Source: Camelus ferus (lineage: Eukaryota). Taken from it: a DNA stretch of 64,000 nt. The position numbers and the translations under genes are program-made. Each line of letters starts with the position of its first letter. Within the stretch, counting starts at the first letter, position 1. Location: contig NC_045696.1 in the NCBI RefSeq assembly GCF_009834535.1, forward strand, positions 51,028,001 to 51,092,000, read 5' to 3'. The notes beneath the pieces were generated by a model. The model saw only the letters and a list, made by a program, of their open reading frames with translations. It was not told where the DNA came from and did not search any database. This document shows positions 10,978-23,158 of this stretch, one piece after another.

Positions 10978-13770
10978 TTTTTTCTTTAGCAAGACCAGAC
11001 AGCAATGCAGTTAAACCCTGCCCCTTTAAGAGACCTGTGGTTTGCACTGTATCTGATGGATCTTGCTCAGCCCTGCAAGGTTCAGCAATGACTTCTACCT
11101 CAGAAACACAGTCTGTACTTGAAGTGCTCGTGGTAGATGACAAATCAGAAACCTGAGAAACCAAAGCATGGGGATCAGTTGCAGGTGAAATCAACACGTT
11201 GGCGGAAGTGCAGGATTTGGCAGCATCTGGCAATGCCAAACCAATTGGTGGCTTATCCTGAGACATCTCTCGTTGCAAAATGGGGGAAGAATCTTTGGAT
11301 TTTGCTGGGGCTACTGCAAAATGTTCACTTGTCACGGATTCTTGGGAGGGCAAGCTAGACTCTTCTGCTGACTTAGATTTAGGTACAGACTCAGGTATCA
11401 CGGGTTCAGAGTTGAGAACATCCAAAGAATGTGAACCAGAAACACTTACACTATTTGCCTGGGACACAGTGACAGAGGGCAACACAACAGGGAGGCTGTC
11501 CAGCAGTCCATCATTACACGATGGCTCTGCTGAGCCTTCGGTGCTGGGGAGGTCTAACTTGCCCACATCTCTGACTGGATTCAGGGTGCAGGCTGACTTG
11601 TTAACAGCTAAGTGTTTCTTGCCACTTGGCTTCTTATTCAACCTTTTGGACTTCATGTTAGGCAAACAAGCCACAGTGTTCACTGAGGGAGTGGTCACTA
11701 GATTATAAGTACTGGGTAGTGTGGCTGAATTATCTGTTGTCATAGGAGGTGCTACAGTGGTTGTTAATGAAACACAGTTAGCCAGGGTGGTCTGACTATT
11801 TGCAGCAATCGGAGGATTCGCAGGCTGGCTAATAGACAATTGTACACAGCTTTGCCCAGCCATCTGTGATATACTTTGATTGAGGCTGGCCAAAGCGCCA
11901 AATGTATTCAGGGCAACATTGGTATTTGGATCTTCGCTGGTGGTGGGCTGAATAATTTGCATAGGGGTTTGACTTGTAGTTCCTGATGAAGACATCACAG
12001 GCTGCAAAGCAAAGAGCTGTCCATTTAAAGAAATGGTTTGAGGCTGTTGTGGTTGGTTTGACATGGTAACAGAGAAAGTTTGTGTTGAATTAGATGTTGA
12101 TAAAGATGAAGGTCTTGGTAATATGTGGACAAGATGTTTACCTCCAAAAGTTTGTGGAGTCGAAACATTTTGCACTGAATTATTAGACCCTATTATCGCA
12201 TTGGCTCCATTGACAGGGAGTCGAACAGAACCAGGGGGTGGAGCCGAGAGGAGTGGCAAAGGATTCTGATTAGCTGCCTGTATGATCACTATCTGCTGAC
12301 CTACTGTTTGGTTGGGAACCTCTGCCCTCATCATTGTTGGGCACGGGGTGGTGCTGGGTGGCTGAAGAATGATCACGTTTGGATTAGCTGGGGCTGCATT
12401 CACAGCCGACCCCACTGGCTGAGCCATCTGAATCACTTGCATTGCTGAATTCAATGGAAGGATATTTTTTGGAGGCTGAGATTTAACTTGTGGCTGGGCA
12501 ATCAGTGGCTGCATAGGTAAGGATGGACAAGAAGGCAAGGTTACAACTACTTGCTCAACTGGCTGCACATCTGCTAGAAAGGAAGTATTCAGGTTGATGC
12601 CTGGAGCCACCTGTCTACTGTGGTTGGCTGTGGTGAGGCTGGTACCAGACTCACTTAATACTGGAGTCACAGCAGAAGACGGTGTCTGGCTTAAGGGCTG
12701 AATAGTGTTTCCTGCCAATTGCAAAGTAGTCCATGTCGTCTGCGTGTTTCCAGCTGAGGAAATTCGGGTAAGGCTATTCATGTTTTTTAAATCTGAAGCA
12801 CTAACAGCTGAAGAAGGCAAAGAACAAGAAAGGGTCCAACCATTGTCTATTGGGTTTGCAGAAAGGGAGCTGACAGGAGTGGTGGTCTTCCCTCCTCCAG
12901 GGGCAGATGAGGCCACCACGGCGGTAACACTTGTCAAGTCTGCACCCTTGCTCGTGCTCACTGGACAAGAGTCACTCACAGATCTGGGAGGCTGGGAGCA
13001 GATCGTGGTGGTAACAGAAACAACAAAAGTGGTTTGAAAATCACTTCTGAAATCCTGTGTGCTTGAGCAGGACTTGCTTCCAGAGTGCACTTTAGTGGCA
13101 GTTGCTGAGGGGATGGAGATGCTTGTGGCACAAGGGACTGTTTTCTTCAATAATTTGGGGCTCTCGTGCCCGTTCTTATTTTCAGAAGAATTTTGATCAT
13201 TTAGACATGGGTGCAGGGAACGATGCTGCGGAGGTTCAGGCCCAACGGGAACAGCGATCAGTGAGCCACTGGTGGCACTGAGCATACTCGATTCGCTTTC
13301 GGAGGTGGAAAGCTCGAGAATATTTTGAGCAGAAATGGTAGCAGGAAGACAAAGGGGAACAGGCTGGTTGGCAGCCAATGCAGAAACTGTAGTCTGCTGC
13401 CATGGCTTGTTTTCGGGAGGGTAAACTCCAGAAATAGACACTGGAGTCACAAGATTGCAAGTCCTCTGCACTGGCACCACGTTGGCAGTCTGCTTTTGTA
13501 AATTATGACCAACATTAAAGGTTATCCCTTGAACAGCTGTTCCCTGGCTGTTTCCACCAGGCTGACTCCCATTGGAATAAACAATGATATTTTTTTGAAC
13601 CTGGTCACTGGGAATAACAACAGAGACCTTTGAGTTTTTAAGATTTCCTTTCCAGTGGATGGTAGGGTCATCATATAAACATATGTCGTTTGCTTTTAGT
13701 AATTCAATGTATCGGCCGTTTTCCTTTTGAATTTCTTCCAGTTGTTTACGTAGCTTTTTAATTTCTTCAG
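10978..13770 (-). CDS. USF3: USF3 terminal exon, coding part upstream of the frameshift (AEEIKKLRKQLEEIQKEN...LSGLAKEK)
   Basis: Acceptor ttttcgatactgtag|ctgaagaaatt at 13770; zipper-like segment followed by the 856-aa ORF 10910..13480 (S/T/P/Q-rich). Confidence 0.93.
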
Positions 13771-14814
13771 CTACAGTATCGAAAATAAAAATGAAAAAAA
13801 TTATCTCTAAATGTCAGTATTTACAATAATTTAAGAAAGCGTTTGTATAGCAAGCTACTGAATCTAATCTTAGCATTTGAAATACCTCAGTTGAGAACCT
13901 TCAGCTCTTTTCTAATACAAGTTCTTTCTTCTTCTTAGAATGGTACCTCAAACCTCTATCCCAGTCCTTTTAAAAGTATATATATATATATATATCTTTA
14001 AAGGTCAACAAGGCAAAGGTCAAAAGTTACTCATAATGTAGAAATCTCAATAATCCCAAATTCAAAAATTCCCAAGTGGGCAGCTACCAAGGTGATGCAA
14101 GGAAAGACATATGGATATCATGGTAAGATGCTGGGAAAATAACACTATCAATATAATAGCATTTAAATGCTGCAACAGCCTACATTACTTATGATGGTAA
14201 TAGTCTCTTTTATAAATGGCTTTAAACTAGTTTCTATTTTACCCTTTGAAATAACAGAGACCAAGTAGAACACATAAGAAGTAGGGAGGTAGAGCACTGA
14301 AGAAAGCAAAAACAGTGAAACTTGCATTTTCCTTGGCAGGGCCAGTGTATGCAGACTACTGAATAGTGAAGATGTCTGTGACACCCTACACCCTTCCAAG
14401 GGGCAGCATCACCCAAAGGTCCTACTAAGAGTCAGCCCTGGCAGCTGGTATTTATGTTCTGTGACCCACACACCCCCACCTGCCTTGTCACAGTGGTAGG
14501 TACTCCCCCCTCCGCCCCCTGCCCCTGCCAAAGCCAGCCAATCCTCAAGGCCAATCCCCTATAAGGTAACCTGATACAAAAAGTTCTGTTCTAACAAGGA
14601 TGAGTTGAGACTAGCAGATTATTTTTTTCAGATATTTAAACTGAGAGACACAGAAGAAAGAGGCCCATGTGCCATGGACATTAGAAATTAAAGGACAATT
14701 ATAATGGACCAAATAATAATGATGATTGTTCTCGCTTACTGCACACTTACTCTACACCTGGCACTTTTCATTCATTGTCTCATTTAATGACGATGATGAC
14801 AACAAGGACAAGAA

Positions 14815-15135
14815 GCACTTATCAAGCATTTACGATGTGCCAGGCTTTGCTCGAAGTGCTTCACCCGCACCACCTCCTCTAATCCTCACAGGAACCCTGA
14901 GATGGGACTGCGTATTGTCATCACCACTTTCAGATTTCAGAGACGGGCTCAGAGTAGTTACAGAACTTGCCTAAAGTCAACCAGACAGATGCTGTGATTA
15001 TCCTCATTTGAAGACAGGGAAACTGAGACCTGGAGAGGGTAAGTAACTGGCCAGAGGTGCTGAGTGAGTAAAGGAAGCAGAGACTCAAACCCAGGTGGGC
15101 CTGACTCCCAAGGCCACCGCCCTGACCACTATGCT
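14815..15135 (-). mobile_element. Two MIR SINE fragments
   Basis: tgtgccaggc...ttatcctcattt...ggaaactgag...aagtaactggcc...actcaaacccagg core motifs. Confidence 0.75.
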
Positions 15136-16385
15136 AGACCGTCGCGTGGACAGGGAGTATGTGGAGGGAGCTGCTGGGAGAAGAGAGAGCGCGTGCATGG
15201 AAAAGAACTAAGGAAAGAACGATGCCGGAGACGATGACACACTCGGACTTAAGCTGCCTCAGGTGCCACCCTAACCCCTGGCCTGGCTGTTCAGCTTTCC
15301 CTGAGCCTCCTGCAACCTGTATTTTTTCAGGTTTCCCTTTTCTCTAAGATCAGTTGATTGCCTCAGACTCTGGGCTGTGAAACAAAGGAGCCCTCATTAG
15401 AAAAGTCTGTACATCACTCTAGCTTTAGCATCCCTTTGGTGGGTACCTCAAAACGGTGACCAAACACTCACTATATATCTAACTGCCTGGCAGCATCATA
15501 AAACAGGGCCTGGGTCATAAAAGACAGCTGACCGCGGGGAGCAGGTAAGTTGTTATCCAACTAGAAGTAAACGAGAATTTGGAATGCCGAGCTTCTGGAT
15601 CTGCTTTCCAATATCCTCACTTCTTTTACAGTGCACACAGCCCAGCACTGCCCCCACCTCCGCAAATCCTGCCTTTGTTTCGCTCCTTGTAAGGTGACCT
15701 ACTGACTCGTCACAGGCATTTCTCTTTGCTCTCGTCAGAGACATAAATAAAAGACAGTTCAAACTGGCTTCCTACTTGAAGTTTCATGCTTGCCTGGGGT
15801 ATTTTTCTTTTCTGCTGTTATAAGGAAACTTCTCCAGTGCAAGTGGGAAAACAGAACTCACCTGACAGCGTAAGAAAGTCACCTCTAAAAATCAAGTATC
15901 ATTAAATGATCAGGCAGTCTGACATACACATTACATGCAATATAAACAACTGTGAACTCAATGTTTTGGCCTTCTGAGTTAATTCACAGTTACGTCTTGG
16001 TGCAGGCATATGTTTATCTGTGTTTAAGTTACACTGAGCAGGAGTCTTCCTACATCCTCTTGTGGGATTCCCCTAGCTGGAAGAGCCAAATAGAATAAAG
16101 GAGATTCAGTATTATTTGTACCATGAGTTAAGTAAACTGGAAGCACAGGAAGAGTATAAAATCAAAATTATTTATGCCTACAAGATTAGAGTCGCTCAAA
16201 GAGGGAAAGAGGTAAACTGGGATGAATTTATTTGCAGCACTATTCTCACAGACACACTGAATGCATGGTCTTAATAATGGTTTTGGGTAAAAAAAAAACC
16301 CTTCCGTACGCTAATATAAGTCGCATTGTGACACAAAGGCCTGAACACTGAAAAAACAACAAAGTAAGAATCTTAACATCTTTAC

Positions 16386-16482
16386 CTTGTTCATTGTTTC
16401 CTCCGTTAAGCAGGAGTTCATCATTTTGCCTTTTCAACTCTGTTATATATTTAAAGGCTTGGTCCAGGATCATATTCTTGCT
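16386..16482 (-). CDS. USF3: USF3 97-nt coding exon (SKNMILDQAFKYITELKRQNDELLLNGGNNEQ), helix 2
   Basis: Minus strand tctttggcag|agcaagaatatg...aatgaacaag|gtaaag; lies within ORF 16246..16503; KxxIL..A..YI..L bHLH helix-2 pattern. Confidence 0.95.
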
Positions 16483-16850
16483 CTGCCAAAGAAAATCGAC
16501 CATTTAAAGGTTTCACTGAGGGGTAAGAACTCGCCAGAAGAAAGTTACAGCTTTGGCTTTATCACATGTATGTGATATGTATCTTTTCAGAATCTAAAAC
16601 TGGCACAATATTCAAATGCTTCTACTGCTCATCTTTCATTTATGAAGTGTTTATTGAGGCTCTGTTCTAAGCACTGGGGATGTAATAAAAAGGGGGACAA
16701 AGTTCCTGACCTTGAGGAATGTTATTTTATTTCTGAGGAATTATTATATATTTCATATACATTTATATAAAAATCAGGTAGTGATAAGTGTTATGAAGAA
16801 AAATACAGTAGGGTAAGGAGGGGGCCAGAGAGATGGCAGAGGCTACTCTG

Positions 16851-17187
16851 TGCTATGGACTGAATGTTTGTGTCCCCCTACAATTCATGGTGCAACCCCA
16901 ATCCTGAAGTGATGGCATCTGAAGATGGGGTCTTTGGGAGGGAATTAGGTCATGAGGGTAGATCCCTCGTGAATGAGATCCCTGCCCTTAAAAGAAAAGA
17001 CATGAGAGAGGTGACCACTCTCTCTGTGATGTGAGTTCACAACCAGGAAGAAAGCCCACACTAGGAACCGAACCAGCTGGCACCTTGATCTTACACTTCC
17101 CAGCCTCCAGACCTGTGAGAAATAAATTTCTGTTGTTGAAGCCACCCAGTCTATGGTAATTTTCTTATAGCAACCCAAACTAAGACA
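16851..17187 (+). mobile_element. MLT1A-like MaLR solo LTR
   Basis: tgctatggactgaatgtttgtgtcccc...cagcctccagacctgtgagaaataaa...actaagaca; TG..CA ends; near-identical 5-bp flanks ctctg/ttctg. Confidence 0.88.
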
Positions 17188-17930
17188 TTCTGCTATAATC
17201 TATTTTGCATAGGGAGGCTGGGGAAGGCCTCCCTGTAAGGTGATATTTGAGCAAAAACCTGAAGGGAGTACCAGGAGGTACACCCTGTGGATATCTGGAA
17301 GAGGAGGGCTCAGGCAGCAGGATGAGCAAGGGCACAGTCCCCCAGGTGGGGCTGAGCCTGGCCTGTCAGAGAAATAGAAAGGAGGTGAGCGGTCTAGAGC
17401 AAAGTGCAGAGGGGAAGAGCGGTAGGAGAGAGGCCAGAGAGGGCCATCAAGAGCATGAAGAGAGTTTAGATTCAGTGTTATTCTTCATTCTGTCAACTAC
17501 AATCACAAACTATTCTAAACAATAGGTTGAGATAATGTCACTTGATTGAGTTTGTCATCATGCTCCCAGTACATTCTATTCCTAATCTTTTCCAAAGACT
17601 ATATTTTATGTCAAAGTTCCGTTACTCTTTAAACTTTTAAAATTGATAACATAATATATGCATATGTCAAAAAAATATAAATAATATGAAGGGATATAAA
17701 ACGAAAAGTACGTTCCTTTTGACTTTAGCCCTCCAGACCCCTTTCCAGAGTCAATGTCCATAAAGTTACTTGTGTATCCTTCCAGAAATCTATGCCAATA
17801 CATGCATATACATGTGTGTGTATATATATGTATATAACTTTTAAAAAATCTTTTTTAAAAACCCAGATAGAAGGATACTATTAACAGTATGTTACATTAT
17901 TTTGTTCTAATTAAAAAATATATACCTTGG

Positions 17931-20900
17931 ATAGAATGGTCATTTTAATAATGTTAATTCTTTGAATCCTTGAGCATGATATATCTTTTCATCCATTTGT
18001 GTCATCTATGATTTCTTTCATCAACGTCTTAGTTTTCCAAGTACAGGTTTTTTACCTCGTTAGTCAGCTTTAGTCCTAGGTATTTTAATCTTTCTGATAT
18101 AACTGTAAATGGAATTGTTTTCTTAATTTCTTTTTCAGATAGTTTGCTGTTAGTGTGTAGAAATGTAACAGACTTCTGTATTAATTTTGTATCTTACAAC
18201 TTTATTAAATTCATTAACACATTGATCACCTACTATGGATCGGGTGCCCAGAGGAAACACAACTGTTACCCAGATTTGGTGATGTGATGATCAATGTGTT
18301 AATGAATTCTAGTAGTTTTCTGGCGGCATCGTTAGGATTTTCTATGTCTAATATCATGTCATTTGCAAACAGTGACAGTTTTACTTCTTCCTTTCCAATT
18401 TGGATTCCTTTTATTTGTGCTTCTTATCTGATTTCTGTTGCTAGGACTGTCAATACTATGTTGAATAGAAGTGGCAAGAGTGGACATCTTGTTAAAGGAC
18501 ATGTTTTCAGCTTTTTACCATTGAGTATGATACTAGCTGGGACTTGTCATTCATGGCCTTTATTATATTGAGGTATATTTTCTCTACACCTCCTCTGTTG
18601 AGAGTTTTTATCATAAATGAATGCTGAATTTTGTCAAAAGTTTTTTCTGCATCTACTGAGATGATTGGATTATTTTTATTCTTCAATTTGTTAATCTGCT
18701 GTAACACATTGACTGCTTTGTAGATACTGAACCATCCTTGCATCCCAGGGATAAGTCCCTCCTGATCATTGTTTATGATCCTTTTAATATACTGTTGAAT
18801 TTGATTTGCTAATATTTTGTTGAGGATTTTTGCATCTATGTTAATCATATTAGTCTGTGATTTTTATGGTCATGGATTAGAAGGATTAATATTGTTAAAA
18901 TGACCATATTACTCAAGATACTCTACAGATTCAATGCAATCCCTATGAAAATGCCAATGGTATTTTTCACAGAACTAGTACAAATAATTTCAATATTTGC
19001 ATGGAAACACAGAAGATCCAAAGTAGCCAAAATAATCTTGAGAAAGAAGAACAAAGCTGGAGGTATCATGCTACTTAATTTCAAAGTATCCTACAAAGTT
19101 ACAGTCAACAAAACAGTATGGTACCGACACAAAAACAGACAGACAGAGCAATGAAACAGAATAGAGAGCTTAGAAATAACTCCATGTGCTGATGGTCAAT
19201 CAATCTATGACAAAGGAGGCATAATATACAATAGGGAAAAGACAACTTCTTCAATAAGTGGTGCTGGGGAAATGGACAGCTACATGTAAAAGAATGAAAT
19301 TAGAACATTTTCTCACACCATATACAAAAATAAACTCAAAATGGATTAGAGATCTAAATGTAAGACCAGAAACCATAAAAATCCTAGAAGAAAACATAGA
19401 TAGAACATTCTTTGATATAAATCATAGTAATATTTCTTTGGATCTTCTCCTCAGGCAAGGGAAACAATAGCAAAAATAATCAGAAGGGACTACATCAAAC
19501 TAAAAAGCTTTTGCACAGTGAAAAAAACTATCAACAAAACAAAAAGGCCGCCCACTCAATGGGAGAAGATATTTGCAAGTGATATATCAAATAAGGAGTT
19601 AATATCCAAAATATACAGAGAACTCATACAACTCAATGTTAAAAAAACAAACAATCCAATTAAAAAATGGGCAGAGAACTTGAATAGATATTTTTCCAAA
19701 GAGAACATGCAGATGGCCAACAGGCACATGAAGAGATGCTGGACATCATTATTACCAGGGAAATGTAAATCAAAACCACAATGAGGTATCACCTCTCACC
19801 TATCAGAATGGCTATAATGAAGACAACGACAAATAACAAGTGTTGGCAAAGAGGTGAAGAAAAGAGAAACCCTGTGCACTGTTGGTGAAATTTTAAATTG
19901 GTGTAGCCACTATGGAAAACAGTATGGAGATTCCTCAAAAAATTAAAAATAGAATGACGATATGATTCAACAATTCCACTCTTGGGTATTTATCGGAAGA
20001 AAACAAAAACGCTAATTTCAGAAGATATATGCACCCCTGTTCACTGCAGCATTATTTACAATAGCCAAGGTATGGAAGTAACCTAAGTGCCCATCAACAG
20101 ATGAATGGATAAAGATGATGTGGTATATAAATATACACAGTTGTAAAAATTTTGCTACTTGTGACAACATGGATGGATCTAGAGGGTATTATACTAAGGT
20201 ATTATACTAGAGGGTATTATACTTATTATACTGAAATAAGTCAGACAAGAAAGTCAAATACTATATGAAGTCACTTATATGTAGCATCTGAAAAAACAAA
20301 ACAAATAAACAAGCATAACCAAACAGAAACAGAGTCATAGATACAGAGAACAAACAGGTGACTCCCAGAGGGGAAGTGGGTAGGAAGGGAAGAGAAATAA
20401 GTGAGGGAGATTAATAGGTATAACCACCAATTACAAAATAGATAAGTTATGGATATGGAATGTACAGTGTAGGGAATACAGTCAATAATTATGTAATATC
20501 TTTGTATGGTGACTGATGGTAACTAGCCTTATCACATTTATCATTTTGAAACAGACAGAAATATCAAATCATTATGTTGTGCACCAGGAACTAACATAGT
20601 TTGTCTGTCAATTATATTTCAAAAGCAAGCCAACAAACAAACTTACAGAAAAAGAGATCAGATTTGTTGTTACTAGGGACAGGGAGAGGAGGAGGGGAAA
20701 CTGGATGAAGGTGGTCAAAAGATACAAACTTCCATTTGTAAGATAAATAAATACTAGCAATGTAACATATAACATGATTAATATAATTAACACTACTGAA
20801 CATTATATACAAATGTTAAGAGAGTAAATCCTAAGAGTTCTCATCACAAGGAAAAAAATTCTTTTTCTATTTCTTTAATGTTATATCTACATGAGTTGAT

Positions 20901-21032
20901 AGATGTTCACTAAACTTATTGTGGTCATCACTTCATGATGTATTAAGTCAAATCTTTATGCTATATACCTTACACTTATACAATGCTGTATGTCAGTTAT
21001 ATCTCAATAGAGCTGGAAGAAAAAAATAGAAG
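17931..21032 (+). mobile_element. 5'-truncated, 5'-inverted LINE-1: antisense ORF2 piece 17931-~18855, sense ORF2 3' part and 3'UTR ~18868-21030
   Basis: ORF2-like peptides on the minus strand ([25 protein letters not shown]) and plus strand ([37 protein letters not shown]); flanked by degenerate TSD TTAAAAAATATATA..CTTGG at 17911-17930 and ~21033-21055. Confidence 0.92.
18218..18298. mobile_element. 81-bp piggyBac-like MITE inserted in the L1
   Basis: TTAA at 18214-18217 and 18299-18302; terminal inverted repeats CACATTGATCA...TGATCAATGTG; removing the element and one TTAA restores contiguous L1 sequence. Confidence 0.75.
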
Positions 21033-23046
21033 TTAAAAAAATATATATATCTTGGAGATACTTTCATATAGCATTTAAATAACTTTATCTATGCTATATT
21101 TTCTAAAGGTGTGTCTATTTTATTTACAAGTTTATTACTGATAAATATTTAAGCTGTGAAAGAGAAATTTCAGTTTTTTATTCTTCAGTTATGTTGCAGT
21201 AAATGTTTAAGTTCTACTCCAGTATGTATATTATTAAATATCTCCAGTATTTGATCAATAGTTGTCTTCATGTAGGAGTCAGTGATTTAGGGCTTTGGTT
21301 CAGCAAGTTACAATTTTGGGTTCCTTAGGCTGAGTCCCAGTAGAAAACCAGTATAACCCAGAAAACACTTTACTTCAGACAAAAGAAACTAAGATAATGT
21401 CCTTTCTTAGAGCAAAAGCTGAGACAAAGGTAGAATCTGATAATGCCCACCTACTGCTTCTCTGTTGCAGATGGAGGTGGGGACATGTAGCAATGATGAA
21501 GAAAATTTTAATCTACTCAGCTTCTGGGAACCAGAGACTGACTTCCATTGCACACTCTAGGACATCAGAAAAAAGAAATAATTATGGTTTCCTTTCAGAG
21601 AAACTTGTAGGGAGTAAAAGCCAAGAGGAGGAATAGTTTACTGGGCAAACACCAATACCTACTGAGCAGCTACTCCACATTGAGATATGGAGAAAGAAAA
21701 ACAATCAGAAGACAGAGTGCCTGTCCTTAAGTTTGCTTTTGTGTTAAGGAAACCGAAAGTCCATTTTAAAGAAGACTAAACACATTTATGTAATATTAGG
21801 TACCACCTTGCAGGGGAGAATGACAAGAAATTAAAGTGTAAGACCTTGCTGAGAGAAACAGTGTTGAGAAGTGAACAAATTCTGGCCCTCCCCTCTGAAA
21901 GCCTGGGAAAGTTGAGGATTGTGAAGCTTCAAATGCCACAGAAGGTGGGGGGAGGTATGGGGTTAAACTAGAAGGGACTGGTAGAAAGACTCTTCCTTTG
22001 CAGTAATAAGAACTGATCCCCTACATAAGCGTCCTATACATCTGGACGACTTCCCCTTCCTCCCCAACCGCAGGAGACAAGTTTATTTTCTGTGAAATTT
22101 GAACCAAGGCCTCAAGGACAGTTACTTGGCAGAGAAGTGGACAAGATGAGACTTGGACAAGATGAGGTTCCAAAGTGAATGGGTAGGGGGGGGGTGGGGG
22201 AGGGTGGGGTATAAAGAAAACTCTGCTTCCTAAAGCACAAGACTATAGCACCCTTTCCCCAACCCAGCTCCCAGAATAATGGCAACTAGCCTTACACTCC
22301 TCTTCCAACCATTCTCATTCCTAGGCAGGAGGCTGAAGAAATCCTCTCTGGAAAATAAAAATTAATAGCTATCCCCCCAAAAAGAAAATCTACAATACTG
22401 ATATTTTTCAGTTCAACAACAATAACACTAGCTCACCAGCTAATCACTAAACAGGGGCACCAAAAAACAAGCCTGTTCAATCAGCTTTTTAATGCCTCAT
22501 TCTCAAATATGAAAAAAACAGTTAATTATCACTAAACATTTAAGGAACATCTCCAAAAAGAAAGACAAAACATCAGAACAGAGGGGGAAGAAAGGAAATC
22601 AAAAGAAACAAAGACAATATAGAAAATAGAAGAAAAAATTTTAAAAAGCAAAATGCTGTGTAATATTCTCAAAGATGAAATGATATTATATCTACAAAAC
22701 AAACGTGGTAAGAAAAGGAACAAAGAGAATAAGAAAAAAAGACTTAGAAATTAAAAACATGAGAGCTGAAATTAAAAACAGAAGAGTTGGAAGAGACTAA
22801 CTAATTGAGATTGAAAAAGAAGGGTAGAGAGTTCTAGAAGTAAAGTCTCAAAGGAAAAACAGGAAAAATGGAGATTATGTGGCAAATTTGACCATGTAGA
22901 AAACTGTACTAAGAGACTCTTGGAAATGTGAAAAGAATTAAAGATAGATATATAGAAAATTGAGAAAATGAAAAACACTGAAGCAATTATTAACTTCAAA
23001 AAACCAAAAGTAACATATAAAATGAAACATAATAATAGCACATTGT

Positions 23047-23158
23047 GGGGAGAGTATAGCTCAACAGTTAGAGTGCATGCTTAGCATGCACGAGGCCCTG
23101 GGTTCACTCCCCAGTACCTCTATTTAATAAACAAACAAAACCTAATTATCCCCCCCAA
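23047..23158 (+). mobile_element. tRNA-derived SINE, camelid Vic-1-like
   Basis: ggggagagtatagctcaac..agagtgcatgcttagcatgcacgaggccctgggttcactccccagtacctc with A/B boxes and an acctaattatccccccc tail. Confidence 0.85.

Noticed and set aside
10940..10990. Programmed -1 ribosomal frameshift as the explanation for the split USF3 ORF
   Set aside because: The in-frame codons GAA AAA ACC do not form a canonical X XXY YYZ heptamer, only weak hairpins lie downstream at the wrong spacing, and the human orthologue is continuous as I recall it.
7798..13037. Plus-strand ORFs antisense to the USF3 exon (e.g. 9299..9835, 11280..11708)
   Set aside because: Shadow ORFs arising from the codon composition of the real minus-strand CDS.
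7311..13480. Two separate genes for the 1212-aa and 856-aa ORFs, or a small intron between them
   Set aside because: They are consecutive parts of USF3 and a single added base joins them with no missing residues; both ORF starts are GTG calls without their own promoter.
18507..19784. Functional reverse transcriptase gene
   Set aside because: Fragmented, frameshifted, partly inverted ORF2 remnants of a truncated L1.
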